DNA from: Mustelus asterias
Lineage: Eukaryota
NCBI RefSeq assembly: GCF_964213995.1
Contig: NW_027590117.1
Span: 1,984,001 to 2,048,000 of the forward strand
Reading direction: 5' to 3'
Length of the DNA: 64,000 bases
Part shown: in pieces, positions 61,213 through 64,000 of the stretch
Position numbering within the stretch: position 1 is the stretch's first letter
Layout: each line of letters starts with the position of its first letter
Position numbers and translations under genes: made by a program
The notes under the pieces: generated by a model
Told to the model about the DNA's origin: nothing
Database searches by the model: none
What the model saw: only the letters and a program-made list of their open reading frames with translations

Positions 61213-61590
61213 CCGACTTCGATGAGATTCTGACCCACAACGTCTGAATATCTCACCAGACAACATTCTCTCTTCCACCTTCTTCCATCGGGAAAAAGAT
61301 ACAACAGTCTGGGGTCACCTACCAACCGACTGAAGAACAGCTTCTGCCCTGCTGCCTCTGAATGGACCTCCCTTGCATTACGTTGATCTTTCTCGACACC
61401 CTAGCTATGATTGTAACACTACATTCTGCATTCTCATCTTTCCTTCTCTATGAACGGTATGCTTTGTCTCTACAGCGCACAAGAAAAATACTTCTTCACT
61501 GTATATTAATACATGTGACAATAATAAATCAAATCAAATTAAATAAAACAATGATGAGAAGTCCTACATGCCACTCTTTGCGCCACATCC
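61213..61590 (-). pseudogene. Degenerate intron-type tRNA-Arg(TCT) split by a LINE fragment
   Basis: 5' half at about 61555-61590 (TGTGGCGCAAAGAGTGGCATGTAGGACTTCT); 3' half at about 61213-61250 (ATTCAGACGTTGTGGGTCAGAATCTCATCGAAGTCG). Confidence 0.55.
61255..61548 (+). mobile_element. Rex1/Babar-type LINE 3' end
   Basis: Translates HSLFHLLPSGKRYNSLGSPTNRLKNSFCPAA, the typical Rex-Babar C-terminus; tail aataataaatcaaatcaaat. Confidence 0.7.
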
Positions 61591-62170
61591 GCAGCTGCAG
61601 CGCTCCTACTGCAACAAAGAGCGCTCAGAGTAGAAAGTGCATCTTCATAGAAATCATAGAAACCCTACAGTGCAGAAGGAGGCCATTCGGCCCATCGAGT
61701 CTGCACCGACCACAATCCCACCCAGGCCCTACCCCCACATATTTACCCGCTAATCCCACTAACCTACGCATCTCAGGACTCTAAGGGGCAATTTTTAACC
61801 TGGCCAATCAACCTAACCCGCACATCTTTGGACTTCTTGCTGAAATAATTGGCCAATTCCAATTGGTTTCAGTTCAACATTTAGGCAAACGAGCAAATAA
61901 ACATGACACGTCGCGAAAGGGAAAGGGTATCGTGGGAAAATAAATACAAGAATCAAAGTGCATCAAACGTGACTGCCGTCAAACTGAACAGAACCAGACA
62001 TCCATTATGCAAATGCTCCCAGTGCCACAAGAGAAGTCCTTTCTTCAACTAAGTGTTTGTATAGTTTTATGTGTTGTTCTTGCACTGACAGGTAACAGTA
62101 AATCACAACCACAACAACCAGTAACAGCCAGTTAAATGATCATCCCGCACTCGCTGATAATGCAGTTTCT

Positions 62171-62249
62171 ATCGTAGTCATGATGTGGAGATGCCGGCGT
62201 TGGACTGGTTAACCTGCCGGCGTTAACCTGGTGTTGTTAAACTTCTCAC
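62171..62249 (-). mobile_element. Penelope-like micro-element, rearranged (TSD AATGCAGTTTCT)
   Basis: TSD at 62159-62170 and 62250-62261; empty site in the paralogous block at about 29024-29035. Confidence 0.85.
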
Positions 62250-62366
62250 AATGCAGTTTCTGACAGTGACAGACAGTTTCTGACCATCCTCCGATTGGAC
62301 CTGGAGGAAACCAGATTCACTGTCAGAGCTGAACTTTCTTACAGAGTGGGTGGCAGAACCAGGTGA

Positions 62367-62429
62367 GCGATGGTGGTGGAGTGGTGACTGTGCGAGCATT
62401 TGATCTAGGGTCAGTTCCTGGCCATCACG
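62367..62429 (+). pseudogene. Degenerate tRNA-Gly remnant (paralog of 29140-29202)
   Basis: GCGATGGTGGTGGAGTGGTGA...TTCCTGGCCATCACG with the same deletion. Confidence 0.55.
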
Positions 62430-62755
62430 GTTCTGATGTCTTTAATTAGTTATCGCAGGTCATAACAGTAGCTGAGCACTCTTAAAATGAAATTCACTAA
62501 AAATCCTCACCATCACGATCTTTCTAATGGAAAATTCAACTTCAATTTACTTTGAGTGGACACTTTGTTCAATGAAAGAACAGGCCTCAAAATTGATCAA
62601 TGAATTCCCAGTATGAAACAATAGTAAAAAGGTGGCGAAAACGAGACAAGCCAATTTCAGTTTCCGACGGGCACACCTGGTGCCTGATGAAATCAGCAAC
62701 GAAGGTAGTTCCGTAATTATAACTAATGCGAATAACGGTCGCTGATGCAGCGCGA

Positions 62756-62827
62756 GCGATGGTGGAATAGTGGTGGGAGTAGCTGCTTTCCACGCAGGTG
62801 ATATGGGTTCGATGCCCGGCTATCGCA
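62756..62827 (+). pseudogene. tRNA-Gly(TCC) pseudogene
   Basis: Paralog of 29527-29598 with many substitutions in the D- and T-arms. Confidence 0.8.
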
Positions 62828-63150
62828 TTGATAATTTATTTAGAACCTTATCGGCGGCCTCTTGTATTTTAAAACGAGTGAACAAAACAGGGCGAACGCA
62901 ACATTCGCCAGTAATAGAGATACTTTTGTTTTCATTTTCTCTTCGGACGTAATTAGTTTTCACTGAAAAATTAGTTAAATAGAAAAAAAAACAAATCACT
63001 GGCCTCATAAATGAATTCAGAGACAAAGATGCAAAGTAAAAGTTCAGGAACAAATTTCAGCTCACACACTGTGCTCTGTCCAATCCTGGTACTGATGAAG
63101 TTAATATATGCACGTTACTGAGGTGGTTACATTAGTGCAGCAAATACGCA

Positions 63151-63232
63151 GCTGCGATGGCCGAGTGGTTAAGGCGTTGGATTCGAAATCCAGTGGGGTT
63201 TCCCCGCGCAGGTTCGAACCCTGCTCGCAGCG
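63151..63232 (+). tRNA. tRNA-Ser(CGA)
   Basis: 82 nt, loop TT CGA AA, intact acceptor and T stems. Confidence 0.88.
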
Positions 63233-63290
63233 ATTATGGTTGGAAATGTTTCATTCAGGCACGTACAAAGTCGCCAATTTTTTCCCCAAT

Positions 63291-63912
63291 TACGTCGGGG
63301 ACCTGAGTGGAGGGTGATGCATGCAGCAGTTCCGCACAACCGTAGGATTCACTGGTTCACGGGCTCCGAAGACTGCCCTTTCTGCGGCCTTGTGGAGTTC
63401 GTGGACCATGTCTATGTTGTTTGTCTTAGGCTGCACTCCCTTTATGTTTTCCTAAAGAACCTTTTATTGATGTTTTGTTTGCACTTCAGTCCCACGCTCC
63501 TGATCTATGGACACCCGGTGCGGAGAGGGGAGGGTCGGGATGGCGACCTCCTCGTGAACCTGCTCCTGGGCCTGGCGAAACGCGCCATTTACCGGTCCAG
63601 GCAGCGGGCGATCGAGGGGGCCGTCCATCCTGACTGTCTGCCCCTCTACCGCGGCTACGTTCGCGGCCAGGTGGCCCTGGAGAGGGAGCATGCGGTGTCC
63701 ACGGGCGGGGTTGACGCCTTCCGCGCCCGCTGGGCACCGCAGGGGTTGGGGTGCATTATCGATCCTAATAATCACATTTTAATTTGATGTTTTTAAGTTT
63801 CCTTTGTACTTTGATTTCTGTTCGGGCTGTTCCCCCTCCTTTTTGGGGAGCTGCCCCTTTTACTTTGTCCTGACTTAATTTGAGTTTGTTTATTTGGTTT
63901 GACCTAAAAAGA
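63291..63912 (+). mobile_element. Tx1/L1-clade LINE 3' end
   Basis: WRVMHAAV...CPFCGLVEFVDHVYVVC zinc-knuckle (zf-RVT) C-terminus ending at 63787; T-rich 3' UTR. Confidence 0.8.
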
Positions 63913-64000
63913 AGGCAACATCACTCAGCCAGAAGAGTAATGGATCAATCTCGTTCTCTGTGATGGTGGTGGAAGCAGATACGATCAATGATTTCACAGA

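Noticed and set aside
62005-62035. Octamer ATGCAAAT plus SPH-like motif as an snRNA enhancer
   Set aside because: No recognisable PSE or snRNA gene follows, so it may be chance.

Overview
Eukaryotic, repeat-rich vertebrate DNA. The HE1-type V-SINEs and CR1/HER1-type LINEs point to a cartilaginous fish, probably a shark. The window holds a small replication-dependent histone cluster (aberrant H2A, H3, H4, H1; no H2B) and about 17 tRNA genes, pseudogenes and fragments (4x initiator Met, Gly, Ser, Leu, Arg, Trp, Thr). Around them are many CR1 LINEs, L2, Rex-Babar and Tx1 fragments, SINEs, a 20-bp minisatellite, an ~8.5-kb ~40-bp satellite and a C-rich tract. The most unusual items are: (1) a ~317-nt, highly structured, A-tailed element with a U2-snRNA head and a second internal U2 5' hairpin, fused directly to the H2A start codon; (2) five TSD-flanked Penelope-like micro-insertions, most with 5' inversions, from a family carrying a minimal hammerhead ribozyme; (3) a 586-bp palindrome made of two inverted LTR copies flanked by one 5-bp target-site duplication; (4) tRNA anticodon switches; (5) an H2A with an in-frame docking-domain deletion. 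All calls were made by eye, and repeat family names and repeat boundaries are approximate.
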